A stretch of 64,000 bases of DNA from Candidatus Poribacteria bacterium. GTDB taxonomy: Bacteria > Poribacteria > WGA-4E > PCPOR2b. The translations under genes were made by a program, and so were the position numbers. Below the pieces are notes generated by a model that did no database searches, had not been told where the DNA came from, and saw only the letters and a program-made list of their open reading frames with translations. The DNA lies in assembly GCA_965116925.1 (NCBI GenBank), contig OZ220744.1:96001-160000 (forward strand), in the 5' to 3' direction. Positions 39,676-50,555 of this stretch are shown piece after piece (position 1 is the stretch's first letter; each line of letters starts with the position of its first letter).

Positions 39676-40638
39676 TCAACGAATCGCAATCGGATTGCCC
39701 GGAGATCCAGTACCACCTTTCAATCTCAGTGGGGAGAAGATAAAGGCAAACTCATAGACCTTATCCGCTGCGAGTTCTGCGGTAATGAGGTTCTCAATAT
39801 TATAGATACCATTTTTAGCAATGAATAGTTGATGGACAGGAACAAAAACCGAATCATCAGGATTCGGGATCACTTCGATTCCCCAGTTATCCGCACCCAC
39901 CATAACAATCTGTTTCTCAACCAGATACTTGCCTGCCTCTATGCCGATGCCGGGCTCCGATCCGTTATAGCGCTCATTATCCGTCATCCAGAATTTACCC
40001 CAACCGGTATGCGTGAGGACCACATCGCCAGGCCTTATCTCCACGCCCTGCTTTTTTAACGCGCCCTCTATATCTTCAGCCGTGATTTCGTAACCGCCCT
40101 CCAGATGCTCAACGCCTTTATAGCCAGCAACGTCGATGAGCACCCCACGAGTGACGAAAACGCCCACGTTCTCCACACCCAATTTCTTCAGTCCGTCGGG
40201 CTTGGCAAAGTCGAAGCGATTGTTTCCGTTGTAGTAAAGATCGCCGATACCGATGTGTCCTAACCCATCAAACTGCGTGCCAATCTGTCCAATTTCGCCA
40301 CTGACAATCTCATCATGCCACGTGACCTTGTTTTTATGGTCAGTGCTGCCGGTTTGAGGGATCAACAAACTATAGTGGCGTGTGCCAAACAGCGGCATTC
40401 CTGCTTCGTAAACCCGACCGAGTTGGTAGACTTTTCCTTCTTTAATCAGGCTAGCTGCCTCTAAAACCTTTGTAGCCGTCAGCAGGTTTGCTGCGCCGCG
40501 CTGATCATCTTTCCCCCATTTGGAGGGATACCAGTTAGATTCTTCCGTCAATGTCCAAGTTGCGGTCAGCGCGACTAGTAACGCGGCTGAACCCAAAATT
40601 GCGAAAAATTTGACGACGTTTTTGCGTTTGTGAGACAT
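39676..40638 (-). CDS. Cyclase family (kynurenine formamidase-like) metal hydrolase
   Basis: WG..DQRGAAN, GTQFDGLGH, RGVLID, GADNWG, GGTGSP. Confidence 0.9.
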   Translation of the reverse strand: MSHKRKNVVKFFAILGSAALLVALTATWTLTEESNWYPSKWGKDDQRGAANLLTATKVLEAASLIKEGKVYQLGRVYEAGMPLFGTRHYSLLIPQTGSTDHKNKVTWHDEIVSGEIGQIGTQFDGLGHIGIGDLYYNGNNRFDFAKPDGLKKLGVENVGVFVTRGVLIDVAGYKGVEHLEGGYEITAEDIEGALKKQGVEIRPGDVVLTHTGWGKFWMTDNERYNGSEPGIGIEAGKYLVEKQIVMVGADNWGIEVIPNPDDSVFVPVHQLFIAKNGIYNIENLITAELAADKVYEFAFIFSPLRLKGGTGSPGNPIAIR

Positions 40639-40912
40639 TGTTTTTCTCCTTTTGTTTGAGGGGGATTCTTGTCCCATTAGAGTAGCATTTGTCGTAGAAG
40701 AAGTTGATTTGTTTGATACCGTTTATGCCTTTCAGTTGTCCTTTTATCAGTTGAAAAACACACCGGTTTCACGGGGGAGTCAGTGTAACAAGATTCGTGG
40801 GTAAAGTCAAACAAATTTCTGGGAGGGAAGATTCTGGGGGCGTTGATGATTGAAAAACGGAGGACTTTCCCCTTTTCTTTCAAAAATCAATCTTGGATGT
40901 CTTTGTTTAAGC

Positions 40913-41674
40913 TTATTTGGAGGATTCGCTTCGCAGGGCGGCCATTTCCGCACGAAGCTGCTCTAATTCGGATTCAAGTTGTTGGCGGCGTTGCTTTTCA
41001 CTTTCAGCCATTGCTTTCAATTCGTCGGAGGTAGGAATAGGTGTGCCATCCGGCAGATAGGGGCGTAACAATCTGACTTCACTTACCGGTTGATGTTCCC
41101 AGCGGAGCCACATATTCAAAGCGTGACTGAACAATCCTCCTTGTGCATCGGGTTCGATTTCTTCAATTGCACCGGATGGACTTCGACACCACCCTCGAAA
41201 CTCCGGAGACTTGGCACCTTCGGGTTGATGAATAAAATACTCATCAACTTCAATCTCAACTAAGTATTGTCTGATCTTGTCGCCCCGGTCGTGAGCCGCT
41301 GTAGATTCGGAAAGAAATTCAAACACCACCACAGGGACCGCCCCTTCCGCCCAGGTGTAAAAGCTTCGCCTTTCTGGAAATGATTCGGCACCATAGACGA
41401 CGTAAATATCGGGTGCCACAAATTTCCGGCGATCCCCCTCTTGATAATAGATAAAACTGTCAATACCGATGTAAACGCGATTATCGTTCCCAAAGTAACG
41501 CTTGAGTTGGTCACTGAGTGTCGTAATCTGTACGCCATGAAATCCCGTTGCCGACATGGGTTGGTCGTCCTCCGAGGGGTAGCCTTCAATATTAACCGTC
41601 GCTTTGCCGCTGGCTTTTGGAAAAACCGGCATCTGTTTTCTGCGCTTGAAATCAAAGTCGGTTCGGGTGCCCAT
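40913..41674 (-). CDS. Uma2/DUF820 endonuclease-fold protein
   Basis: YPSED..PM, VAPDIYVV, FEFLSEST...D, EYFI, C-terminal coiled coil. Confidence 0.9.
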   Translation of the reverse strand: MGTRTDFDFKRRKQMPVFPKASGKATVNIEGYPSEDDQPMSATGFHGVQITTLSDQLKRYFGNDNRVYIGIDSFIYYQEGDRRKFVAPDIYVVYGAESFPERRSFYTWAEGAVPVVVFEFLSESTAAHDRGDKIRQYLVEIEVDEYFIHQPEGAKSPEFRGWCRSPSGAIEEIEPDAQGGLFSHALNMWLRWEHQPVSEVRLLRPYLPDGTPIPTSDELKAMAESEKQRRQQLESELEQLRAEMAALRSESSK

Positions 41675-41697
41675 GATATTCCCTTCTTGGTTGGGGT

Positions 41698-43728
41698 TCA
41701 GAACTTAATTGTTAATTCACCCACGAACTGTCTTGCCCGATTGCGGCTGGCAAAGACTTCGTAGAGATTGCCGGAAGCATCGAAATAACGGCGTACAAAA
41801 TTACGGCTCGTGTTCGCCGGATTCAAATCTGTGTATTCGAGCCACAGATTGACATCCGTAAATACGTCCCAATTCACCCCAAAGGCTGTGGAACTCGCAT
41901 CACCCTCTCCCTCCTGACCTTGACGGTTCAGATTGGGAAACAGTGCCTGTTGATAGAGGTCTGTTGTACCATCAATCCGTTCCGCATAAAGATTGAATTC
42001 CTTGTAGTGGTAGGCATTTGGGTTGGTGATAAATTTCAGATTGGCAACGACTGTGTTCGTCAACGCCTGGGTTTCATAGTCGTAGCTATCTTCCTCTTTC
42101 GGGGGTGTTATATAGCGTTCATCCTGTTCATTGTAGGTGAAGACATCCGCAAGCGTCAGGTTCCAGCTTTCTGAGAGGTTATATGTCCAAAAGAAGGAGT
42201 TGTTCAACTGTAACAGATTCAATTGGTCATCAACGTCCGCATCCTTGTCGATATCCTCGTAATCTTCGAGAAAGTTATGATCGCGGTTGAGTGCCCGAGT
42301 ATTATAAACTGCATTCATATGCGACGGCTTAATCGTAAAACCTTCAATGGAATATTGACGAATGATTAAATCACTCCCATCGCGAAGGTAAATGTGACCG
42401 AGAGGATCTAAGGTAAGGAAAGCCAGATCGTGATCTTCCGCGCTCTGTCTATCCACTTCGTAAACCACACGCCCTTTATATCTTCCGTTGCTACTAAATT
42501 GTTGTACGCGCGCGATAACGTTGTGATAGATTGTCTCACGAATCTCTTTAACCTTCAGATCTTCCGCCTCCTCTTTTTTATTTTCGTCTTGCTCACCTTC
42601 TTCATCAAGATAGTCGTTGAGGTAACGGCGATACTCTGCTTCCTCAAGCAGACGAATCCGCCGATGTAAGATAGCTAGATCTGACGACTGTGAATTTGGG
42701 TTAAGAGAGGCAGAACGGGGGCGGGTGGTATCAATGACGGAATTGACAAGTCCTGTGCCCGTTGAATAAACATCAGCGAGCCCCTGCCCGGACGGTGAAA
42801 CAACATCTAAGAAATTTGCGAGCGGGCTTCCCAAAAACCGTTTGAACTGGCTCTTATCTTTAACCAAAATCTCACCCGAGGCCAAAGCGACAACGGCGAT
42901 AGGTTTGACAAATTCTCCCTCGTTACGTCCCTTCACCCCAAATTTCAATATAAATTCTCCGTCTGCATTAAATTTAACTACACGATGATTACCGGTGTCC
43001 GCAATAAGCACATTCCCTTCAACATCAATTTCAATGTCCGAGGCATCGGTGTCAAACTCGCCATTGCTCGCACCGTATCTGCCAAACGCGATTAATTTCT
43101 CCCCGTCCGCACCAAATTTGTGAACCTTTGCGTTTTTTCCATCTAATACATACAGCTGGTTTTGGCTATTCACATCAATGCGAACTGACCGATCATAGTT
43201 CCTCGGTTGATAGGCGAATGCCGTTTTGCCCTCCTCGTCAATCATCAAGCGCGTGGGAAGAACTACTTTGGGGCGCACGTCAATCGCATCGACAACGTAG
43301 GTGTGCATTAGCTCGCCATTTCGATTGAACTTGTAAACACAGGGGCCAAACCAATAAAGCTTCGGATCTGCGGTCGCCGGAATATGATGGGGTACAGCCA
43401 GATCAACGACATAAATATTTCCAACTCCATCAACAGCAACATCGCCCGGCTTTCTGAGTATATTGTCCATAGTCTGCTCTTTCGGAATTTGCATGATGAA
43501 ATCACCTTTTGGTGATAGTTTCTGGACTAGCCGGTTATCTGCGTCGCTGACATAAATGTTGCCTGTGTCGTCAAATCCCACATGAATATTCTTGCTAAAA
43601 AAACCGTCCGTTGAGCCCTTCCCACTGAACTCCCGCTCAAACTTCAAAAAACCCACAGCAAATATTTCGTCTGCCTGCCACACACACAGCGCAGCAACAA
43701 AAAGCAAAAGAACAATCCATTTTTTCAT
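41698..43728 (-). CDS. Exported NHL-repeat protein with probable C-terminal beta-barrel
   Basis: Signal peptide; GNIYVSD..N..VQK and GNVLIADTGNHRVVKF repeats; ends ELTIKF. Confidence 0.75.
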   Translation of the reverse strand: MKKWIVLLLFVAALCVWQADEIFAVGFLKFEREFSGKGSTDGFFSKNIHVGFDDTGNIYVSDADNRLVQKLSPKGDFIMQIPKEQTMDNILRKPGDVAVDGVGNIYVVDLAVPHHIPATADPKLYWFGPCVYKFNRNGELMHTYVVDAIDVRPKVVLPTRLMIDEEGKTAFAYQPRNYDRSVRIDVNSQNQLYVLDGKNAKVHKFGADGEKLIAFGRYGASNGEFDTDASDIEIDVEGNVLIADTGNHRVVKFNADGEFILKFGVKGRNEGEFVKPIAVVALASGEILVKDKSQFKRFLGSPLANFLDVVSPSGQGLADVYSTGTGLVNSVIDTTRPRSASLNPNSQSSDLAILHRRIRLLEEAEYRRYLNDYLDEEGEQDENKKEEAEDLKVKEIRETIYHNVIARVQQFSSNGRYKGRVVYEVDRQSAEDHDLAFLTLDPLGHIYLRDGSDLIIRQYSIEGFTIKPSHMNAVYNTRALNRDHNFLEDYEDIDKDADVDDQLNLLQLNNSFFWTYNLSESWNLTLADVFTYNEQDERYITPPKEEDSYDYETQALTNTVVANLKFITNPNAYHYKEFNLYAERIDGTTDLYQQALFPNLNRQGQEGEGDASSTAFGVNWDVFTDVNLWLEYTDLNPANTSRNFVRRYFDASGNLYEVFASRNRARQFVGELTIKF

Positions 43729-44097
43729 TGAATCGGGTCCCTTCAAATGATTTAGTGTATATTGCACTTGATATAACGTATATTGGTGTTTATCTGGTTA
43801 ATTCATTCATTGTGTATGCTCAGTATAGCATGAACCTTCCAAAAATTCAAGCCTCTAGAATTTATTATAGATGAGCGGGTGTGTGTGTTTAGAGACACAT
43901 ACCCATCTGCTGTGGGCCCAAATGTCACTGAACTGAGACACTTTTCATGTGCTATGTTGGTAATTGATCTCATATCCTCTGCTCGTAAAGGATTGATGGT
44001 CTTGGCACGCGTCTTGCTCAACACAATATCACACAGTTTTGAAACCTTTGAAAATGGATAAGTTGAAACACAAGTTGAGGTAGGGAGGAATAAGATT

Positions 44098-44841
44098 ATG
44101 TTAGTCCGTATGTCATTCACAATAACAATGTCTATTTTTTTCGCAGGATGGATCTGTTGCATCATGTTTGGGTGTAATGATCAATTAGCAGCATCGCCTG
44201 TAGAATCTGAAATTCAACTCTTGCAAGTGGGTGCGTTCCACGGCGACGAGGTCTCAGCAGAATCAGGTGAAATCTGGCTGGGATTGTATTCGACACCCGA
44301 TGGGTATACGCTAATCCCTTCGAGGATTGCCGTGGAAACCGTTTATGACCCATTCGTTGATAATGCCGGGGAAAAGACCGGAAAAGTGGTGTCGGTGGAA
44401 GGGCAGACACGCCCACTCTTTCTGATAAAAGGTTTGGATCCGCCTGAAACAGAATCTATCAAGACACTATCCGCTGAAGGGGCAATTTTGAGTCCCGGTA
44501 AATCCCTCAACCTTAGATTGGATGTCAGAAACGAAAGTCATTTGACAGCTTATGGCGAGGGAGAGATAGGACCGAGCGGGTTTACTTCACTCGAAAACTA
44601 CAGCCTTGAACTATCCAAAGGACATTTATCGCAGGAACTGCTCGCATACAATTCTACGAATGGTGCCATACCCACCCTGCTCTGGGCGGGAGATCTGGAT
44701 GGAGACAATCAACTAGATTTCGTCATTAACGCAACCCCGCATTACGCCGTATATTCTGCACCGATGCTGTTTCTTTCATCAATGGCGAAGGAAGGTAATT
44801 TAGTCCAGAAGGTTGCGATATTTATCGCCACCGGCTGCTAG
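44098..44841 (+). CDS. Hypothetical lipoprotein with FG-GAP/VCBS-like Ca-binding motif
   Basis: MFGC lipobox; WAGDLDGDNQLD. Confidence 0.65.
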   Translation: MLVRMSFTITMSIFFAGWICCIMFGCNDQLAASPVESEIQLLQVGAFHGDEVSAESGEIWLGLYSTPDGYTLIPSRIAVETVYDPFVDNAGEKTGKVVSVEGQTRPLFLIKGLDPPETESIKTLSAEGAILSPGKSLNLRLDVRNESHLTAYGEGEIGPSGFTSLENYSLELSKGHLSQELLAYNSTNGAIPTLLWAGDLDGDNQLDFVINATPHYAVYSAPMLFLSSMAKEGNLVQKVAIFIATGC

Positions 44842-45017
44842 TACAACTATACACCTCCCCTTCTTCCTCTGCTCTGAATCCTTTCTGATTTTACCTGTTA
44901 CTTCGTATCGCCCCCCAATTTCTCCTCAACATTTTCTATACTTCGTCGTCCAAAAAGAACCAAATGCAAATCCTTCGGTATGATTTGCGTTTGGGTGCTT
45001 CAGCAAGGAGGTTTTCT

Positions 45018-47384
45018 ATGCACAGTGGGGGATTTTCTAGACGAGACATGCATCGAATGGCTCGTTCTTCCGGTAGAAGGAGTAACGTTAGACAGCGCGA
45101 TGTAGAGATGACAATTTTAGAGGAAGTACCAGCAGAACTCCAAGATCAGCTTGAAGATTTGCTGGATGGAGAAGAAGATATCAAAATTGCTATCTCCACA
45201 GACCTACAGTTTGATGGCACCTACGGAAAGGATTGGGTGTTAGCGACGGAGAAACGCCTGCTCGCTTTTAACCAAAATGGTGTGCCTGAACCTGAAATCC
45301 AAAGTATTGCACTCGAAGCCATTGACGAGATCGAAATACGAGAGTTATACGGTAATAACTTCATGAAAGTGCGAACCGCAGAGGGAGCATTTGAAATTGC
45401 TCGTTACTCCAAGCGGTTCGTTCCCAAGTTTGCCGAAGCAACGCCAGAAATTGAATCGTTAATTGACAAGGCCAAGCCAGAGGAAACAGACGAATCTAAG
45501 CGGCGTCGGAAGTATGTTGATCCCGGAAAAAAGAAGATTCGATGTGAAACCTGTGGACGCCCGATCCCACGGTGGTCTGATGTTTGCCCAAACTGTGTTG
45601 AAAAAGGGAAACTCCTCGTCCGCTTGCTAAAGTATGCCCTCCCATTTTGGAAAGTTTCTGTTCCAGCGTTACTGATTATGCTGGTTATCCGGTTTGTTGA
45701 CGTTTATCCTCCTATTCTAGTTCAGCAACTGATTGATGACATCCTCGTTCCCGCAACAATGGCAATGACGGGAGGACAGCCGGTCCAGCCGGGGGCTTTT
45801 GGACAAGTGGTAATGATTGTACTTCTGATGGTTGGATTACACGTTTTTACGGCAGCTTTCTCAGCAGTTCGGGGGTACATGATGGCGTGGGTCGGTCAGC
45901 GCATCACCCTGACATTGCGGAATGATGCCTATGGGCATATGAGTATTCTTTCGCTCGATTTCTACCAACAGCGGGAAACAGGGAATCTGATGTCACGCAT
46001 CACTCAGGATGTCGGACGGCTGCGTGACTTCATCGCTGAAGGGTTACAGGATATTATCGGCGATTCAATGACGCTGATTTTTATGTGCATTATCATGTTT
46101 GCCGTTAACTGGCAGCTGGCACTCTGGGTGTTGCTTCCGATTCCCTTCATTATCCTTTTCTCATTCTATTTTGGACACAAAATGTCCAAGGTTTTCCACG
46201 TCTTGTGGAGGCGCTACGCTGGGATTAGCACAATTTTGGCAAGTACAATTCCGGGGATACGGGTTGTCAAGGCGTTTACCCGCGAGAAATACGAAGTCGA
46301 GCGCTTTCAAGAGCAGACCCATCAGGTTTTTGAAGGAGAAATGAATGCCGCCAAACTGTGGACACTTTATCAGCCAATCATGACCTTTATGACCTATTTG
46401 GGGACTGTACTCATCTGGTTGGTTGGAGGGCGGCAGATCCTCAATGGAGACTTAACGCTCGGTGAAATTACGCTATTCATGACTTATATGACGCGGTTTT
46501 TACAACCTGTACGAACACTCGCTCAGATGAACCGTCGATTCCTGAGAGCTGCGACGTCTGCTGAGCGGGTCTTTGAGGTCCTTGACACACCGCCTAGCGT
46601 TGCAAGTCGTAAAGACGCCGTTCACCTTCCAAATATGCGGGGACAGGTCGAATTTCGCGACGTTTTCTTCTCTTACGATGGAGAAAAAAACGCTATCAAT
46701 GGGGTCAGCTTTACCACTCAGCCGGGAGAGATGATTGGGCTCGTTGGACATAGCGGCGCAGGCAAGAGTACCCTCATCAATTTAGTTACCCGATTCTATG
46801 ATCCAAACGAAGGTGAAATTCTTATTGACGGACATGATAGCCGCGATATTGAACTCAGGTCTCTGCGAGGGCAAATTGGCGTGGTGCTGCAGGAGCCATT
46901 CCTGTTTGAAGGTTCCGTCGCCGACAATATAGGCTATGGCAAACCGGATGCAACCCGTCAAGAGATTGTCGCAGCGGCTAAAGCCGCAAACGCTCACGAC
47001 TTTATCGTTAAATTTCCCGATGGTTACGATACAACGGTCGGTGAAAGAGGAGCACGCGTCTCCGGCGGAGAACGTCAACGGATCTCCATCGCTCGTGCCA
47101 TCCTCAAAAATCCGCGCATTCTCATCCTCGATGAAGCCACTTCGTCCGTTGATACGGAGACCGAATCAAGAATCCAAGAGGCGTTGGGGCGACTGATTCA
47201 GGGACGAACCGTCTTCGCAATCGCACATCGCCTTTCGACACTCAAACATTCCAATCGTCTGGTTGTCCTCAAGGAAGGGCAGATTGATGAGATAGGCACA
47301 CACGAAGAACTGATCGCCCAAGGTGGTACTTACGCCAACTTATGCGAAAAGCAGACCGAGCTCTCGAAAATTCGCGCGTGGTAG
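45018..47384 (+). CDS. ABC exporter (N-terminal extension + TMD + NBD)
   Basis: GHSGAGKS, SGGERQR, LDEATSSVD; CxxC...CxxC before TMD; ATG 45018 with AAGGAGG. Confidence 0.93.
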   Translation: MHSGGFSRRDMHRMARSSGRRSNVRQRDVEMTILEEVPAELQDQLEDLLDGEEDIKIAISTDLQFDGTYGKDWVLATEKRLLAFNQNGVPEPEIQSIALEAIDEIEIRELYGNNFMKVRTAEGAFEIARYSKRFVPKFAEATPEIESLIDKAKPEETDESKRRRKYVDPGKKKIRCETCGRPIPRWSDVCPNCVEKGKLLVRLLKYALPFWKVSVPALLIMLVIRFVDVYPPILVQQLIDDILVPATMAMTGGQPVQPGAFGQVVMIVLLMVGLHVFTAAFSAVRGYMMAWVGQRITLTLRNDAYGHMSILSLDFYQQRETGNLMSRITQDVGRLRDFIAEGLQDIIGDSMTLIFMCIIMFAVNWQLALWVLLPIPFIILFSFYFGHKMSKVFHVLWRRYAGISTILASTIPGIRVVKAFTREKYEVERFQEQTHQVFEGEMNAAKLWTLYQPIMTFMTYLGTVLIWLVGGRQILNGDLTLGEITLFMTYMTRFLQPVRTLAQMNRRFLRAATSAERVFEVLDTPPSVASRKDAVHLPNMRGQVEFRDVFFSYDGEKNAINGVSFTTQPGEMIGLVGHSGAGKSTLINLVTRFYDPNEGEILIDGHDSRDIELRSLRGQIGVVLQEPFLFEGSVADNIGYGKPDATRQEIVAAAKAANAHDFIVKFPDGYDTTVGERGARVSGGERQRISIARAILKNPRILILDEATSSVDTETESRIQEALGRLIQGRTVFAIAHRLSTLKHSNRLVVLKEGQIDEIGTHEELIAQGGTYANLCEKQTELSKIRAW

Positions 47385-47461
47385 CAATGAAATATGAAAT
47401 GACGAGAAACCGAGCTTTTTCTTGAAAACCCGGTTTCTCTTGGTCTTGAGATGAGCGAAGT

Positions 47462-47989
47462 GTGAAAGGAGTAGATGTAGTGGAACAGCCCATTCGGATC
47501 GAAGATGAAGTCCAATTTCTTGACCCTAAACTGGTGAAAATTAACCGCAACCAATTTGCTGAGTTGGAAGCGGAGCTGCCGGATGGCTCAGTTCACGCAC
47601 CTGTTGAGCCGGTGCGCACGTTTCCACTGACCCAACCGGATCAGTACATCAGTTTACTTGACGCCCATAAAAACGAGCTTGGCTTGATTGAGGACATAAA
47701 GCAGTTAAACAAAGCGGATCAGACAGCTCTAGCGGAAGAATTGGAAAAATGCTATTTTATGCCAAAAATTACAAAGATTCATGACCTGGCGGGACGGTTC
47801 GGTGTCACCGAGTGGGAAGTCGAAACCGATAGTGGCACCGTTGCTTTTGATCTGCGTTCTCGGAGTGACATTACCATACTTGATGGTGGACGGGTGCTGA
47901 TTAAGGATATTGATGGGAATCGATACGAAATTGTCAATTATCATCGGCTAGATCCGAAGAGCGTAGCTCTCCTTGAAACACAGATTTAA
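47462..47989 (+). CDS. DUF1854-family protein
   Basis: R.FPLT.P..YISL, YF.P.I, WEVETD.G, D.DGNRY.I; usual partner of this ABC type. Confidence 0.85.
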   Translation: MKGVDVVEQPIRIEDEVQFLDPKLVKINRNQFAELEAELPDGSVHAPVEPVRTFPLTQPDQYISLLDAHKNELGLIEDIKQLNKADQTALAEELEKCYFMPKITKIHDLAGRFGVTEWEVETDSGTVAFDLRSRSDITILDGGRVLIKDIDGNRYEIVNYHRLDPKSVALLETQI

Positions 47990-48021
47990 CGTATAAAGCG
48001 TGAAATGGAAAAGCGGCTTAC

Positions 48022-48603
48022 GTGTCAGGTAAGGATAATTTTGAGTCACCAATGGACCGTGAGACAATTGCCCTCATTCTCAGTATCATCGCCGTTATAC
48101 TTGCTGCCTCTAAATGGATCTATGACCTCCATGCAGACCGCGCCGGCAGGCGAACCCACAGTCGAAGGCGACGCGGAAGCCATCTCGGAGTCGAGCTACT
48201 AACAAAACAGGCAAACTGCTTTATTACACGCGGTGGACATCTGCTATTTCTCGTTTCGTGTCGCATCTATAACGAGGGAGATCAGATTCCTATCACGATT
48301 CAAGCGTGTCAGTTTCAAGCGAAGATCGGACATAGATGGCAAGATACAGAATTATACCAAGTACCGCACGCAGTGCTCTTTCCAAGTTTACTCCGCAACA
48401 GCATCCCTATCAGTCTCAAACCGGAAGAACGACAAGATTTTTATGAAGTTTTTGCCCTTGATGCCTTAATTCCGAGTACTACAATTAAGATCCGTCTCAA
48501 GTTCCAAAGTGGGCGTAGAAAGATAACGCTATGTCGGGATAAATTCAACCATCGTGTTGACGATCATCCGGTTTTTGACATTCTATTCCGTGTCTTTGAA
48601 TGA
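48022..48603 (+). CDS. Hypothetical membrane-anchored protein
   Basis: Single N-terminal TM then beta-rich domain. Confidence 0.55.
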   Translation: MSGKDNFESPMDRETIALILSIIAVILAASKWIYDLHADRAGRRTHSRRRRGSHLGVELLTKQANCFITRGGHLLFLVSCRIYNEGDQIPITIQACQFQAKIGHRWQDTELYQVPHAVLFPSLLRNSIPISLKPEERQDFYEVFALDALIPSTTIKIRLKFQSGRRKITLCRDKFNHRVDDHPVFDILFRVFE

Positions 48604-48663
48604 GGGGGATACGGCCACAGATCGGTGGAGAGAACTATCCACTTGGACAAAAACTAATGTAAA

Positions 48664-48943
48664 TAGAACTTACGCGCTTCAGTAGGGAACGCAGATCTGC
48701 GTTCCCTACAAAACAGAATCGATGCCTGAGAACTTACTGTAGTTGCCCGATTTACCGGGCATCCGTTCCGAGACCAAGGTTAGAAACGATGTGCATCGGC
48801 GATAAATCGCCGAACTACAAGTTACTCTGAATCCCGATGTCCGCATCGGGGGCGTTGAACGTTCAACTGCGTAAGTCCTAATGAATAGAGCTTACGCAGC
48901 ACGTTTATAAGTCCCCCTGTGTGCCAAATTTGCGTAGGTTCTG
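48664..48943. mobile_element. MITE family C: long copy (48664-48880) plus adjacent mini copy (48886-48943)
   Basis: TAGAACTTACGC...TGCGTAAGTCCTA enclosing REP palindromes; second TAGAGCTTACGCA...TGCGTAGGTTCT. Confidence 0.72.
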
Positions 48944-48970
48944 ATAAAATTATTTTTCAAGGAGAAATTC

Positions 48971-50383
48971 ATGTACAGAGGTAGGTGCGTTGCCATTTGG
49001 ATAGGAATGTTATCATTGGTCTGTGTCTTGACAACTTATGGACAAAATGAAATTGCAGGCGAAACAGCATTGTCCTACGGGGGACCACCGAATCCAGAAG
49101 AAATGGCTTTGAGTCGGGGAGAACTTTCAGGACTTGGATTTACCTTTATCAATGGCGAACCGTTTTTACGGTTTCAGTTGCAGCCGGAGATAGATCTCGG
49201 TAAAGTCGGATTTGGACTCGGGCTTGTGCTGCTTTACAGTTCCTCTGAGGATGGCGAACACACAATCCTCGCTGAGGATGGCGAAGCGTGGGACGATATA
49301 AGTACCCTCCTGCGGGTTATTCGCTATGTGCGTTATGGTCATCTCAGCGAATCGTTTTACACCCGTTTCGGTGCGTTGGACTACGCCACTATCGGACACG
49401 GGTTCATTATGTCGGGATATTCAAACTATGACCGTCGTGGCTTGCGCCTAAACTTCAGCACAGAGACGAAAAAGGCTGGGGTTGAAACAATCATTAACAA
49501 CATCAGTGCACCGACCGTTTTTGGCGGGCGGGTGTTTGTTCGGCCTCTGCAACAGGAGGAGGGCGGTATACCACTCCTTAACAGTCTGGAATTGGGTGGG
49601 ACCTATCTAACAGACATTGAACCCGATCCAAGTCTGATTCCGGGCGGAGATCCGCTTATCGCATTGGGGGTCGATATCGGTTTTCCGCTTATTCACAATA
49701 AGTCGCTGCGTCTAGATATATACGATGATGTGGCTTTCTTAAACACGAAATCGGAAACGAAAGCGGAGGAGATTGATGAAGTAACCGATGTTGCAATCGG
49801 AAATGCTATCGGAATTGGTGTGTCGCTTTCGCAAGCTCTTTTTAAGTTGGAGTACCGCACCTTTGGCGCACAATTTTACCCGACCATTTTTGATTACACC
49901 TACGATGCTACCAAGGGTGCCGTCCCAGACTTTCTGGGGATGGATGAGGAGGACGATGCAGGTCAGGCAAGACAAGGCTACTTCTCAATGATCGCCGTGA
50001 GACCGATTCCGCAGGTCAATTTTATAGCGACTTTTGAGGACTATACCAACACGGAGCCAAAGTTATACCTTGGCATCACGGAATCTGGGGTAGTTGAACG
50101 GATGTCGTTCCGAGCATTCTATCTCAAACGCAATATCGGCGAGCCAGATCCCGGTTTTCCAGAGAAAGCAGGGAGCAAAGATCCAGGCTTTTTTGAGGAT
50201 CTCTTCCGTCTCGATAGTAAATCCGCATTCATCGTGCGAATTGGATATGAGATCTTTCCGAGGTTTGAGGTCGCCGTTCTCCGTGAATACCGTTTCCGGC
50301 GGGTAGAAGATGCGGCGGGTAAAACACACTTTGAGCCAATTCAGAAAACTTCGGTCGAAGCCGGTTTCAGGCTCAATTTCTGA
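48971..50383 (+). CDS. Probable outer-membrane beta-barrel protein
   Basis: Signal peptide, alternating amphipathic strands, C-terminal GFRLNF. Confidence 0.7.
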   Translation: MYRGRCVAIWIGMLSLVCVLTTYGQNEIAGETALSYGGPPNPEEMALSRGELSGLGFTFINGEPFLRFQLQPEIDLGKVGFGLGLVLLYSSSEDGEHTILAEDGEAWDDISTLLRVIRYVRYGHLSESFYTRFGALDYATIGHGFIMSGYSNYDRRGLRLNFSTETKKAGVETIINNISAPTVFGGRVFVRPLQQEEGGIPLLNSLELGGTYLTDIEPDPSLIPGGDPLIALGVDIGFPLIHNKSLRLDIYDDVAFLNTKSETKAEEIDEVTDVAIGNAIGIGVSLSQALFKLEYRTFGAQFYPTIFDYTYDATKGAVPDFLGMDEEDDAGQARQGYFSMIAVRPIPQVNFIATFEDYTNTEPKLYLGITESGVVERMSFRAFYLKRNIGEPDPGFPEKAGSKDPGFFEDLFRLDSKSAFIVRIGYEIFPRFEVAVLREYRFRRVEDAAGKTHFEPIQKTSVEAGFRLNF

Positions 50384-50490
50384 GTTGAGAAACGGTGCAA
50401 CAAAAACCGTAGGGACGGGGTTTCCCCACGCCTACTTGCCAAAAACTTGGTTTTTCTTTGCATTTTGCACTTTGTTTTTCACGCAGATCA
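50378..50490. mobile_element. Degenerate MITE family A copy with REP hairpin
   Basis: GTGCAACAAAAACCG...TTTTGCACTTT shell around GTAGGGACGGGG..CCCCACGCCTAC; ends eroded, limits approximate. Confidence 0.55.
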
Positions 50491-50555
50491 GACTTTTTTA
50501 ACCTGCCTGTCTCAAGGAACCAATGGTTTTCACGTTTCACGCATCACGCATCAGA

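Noticed and set aside
43803..44165. Short ORFs in the AT-rich divergent gap
   Set aside because: No recognisable motifs; likely promoter region
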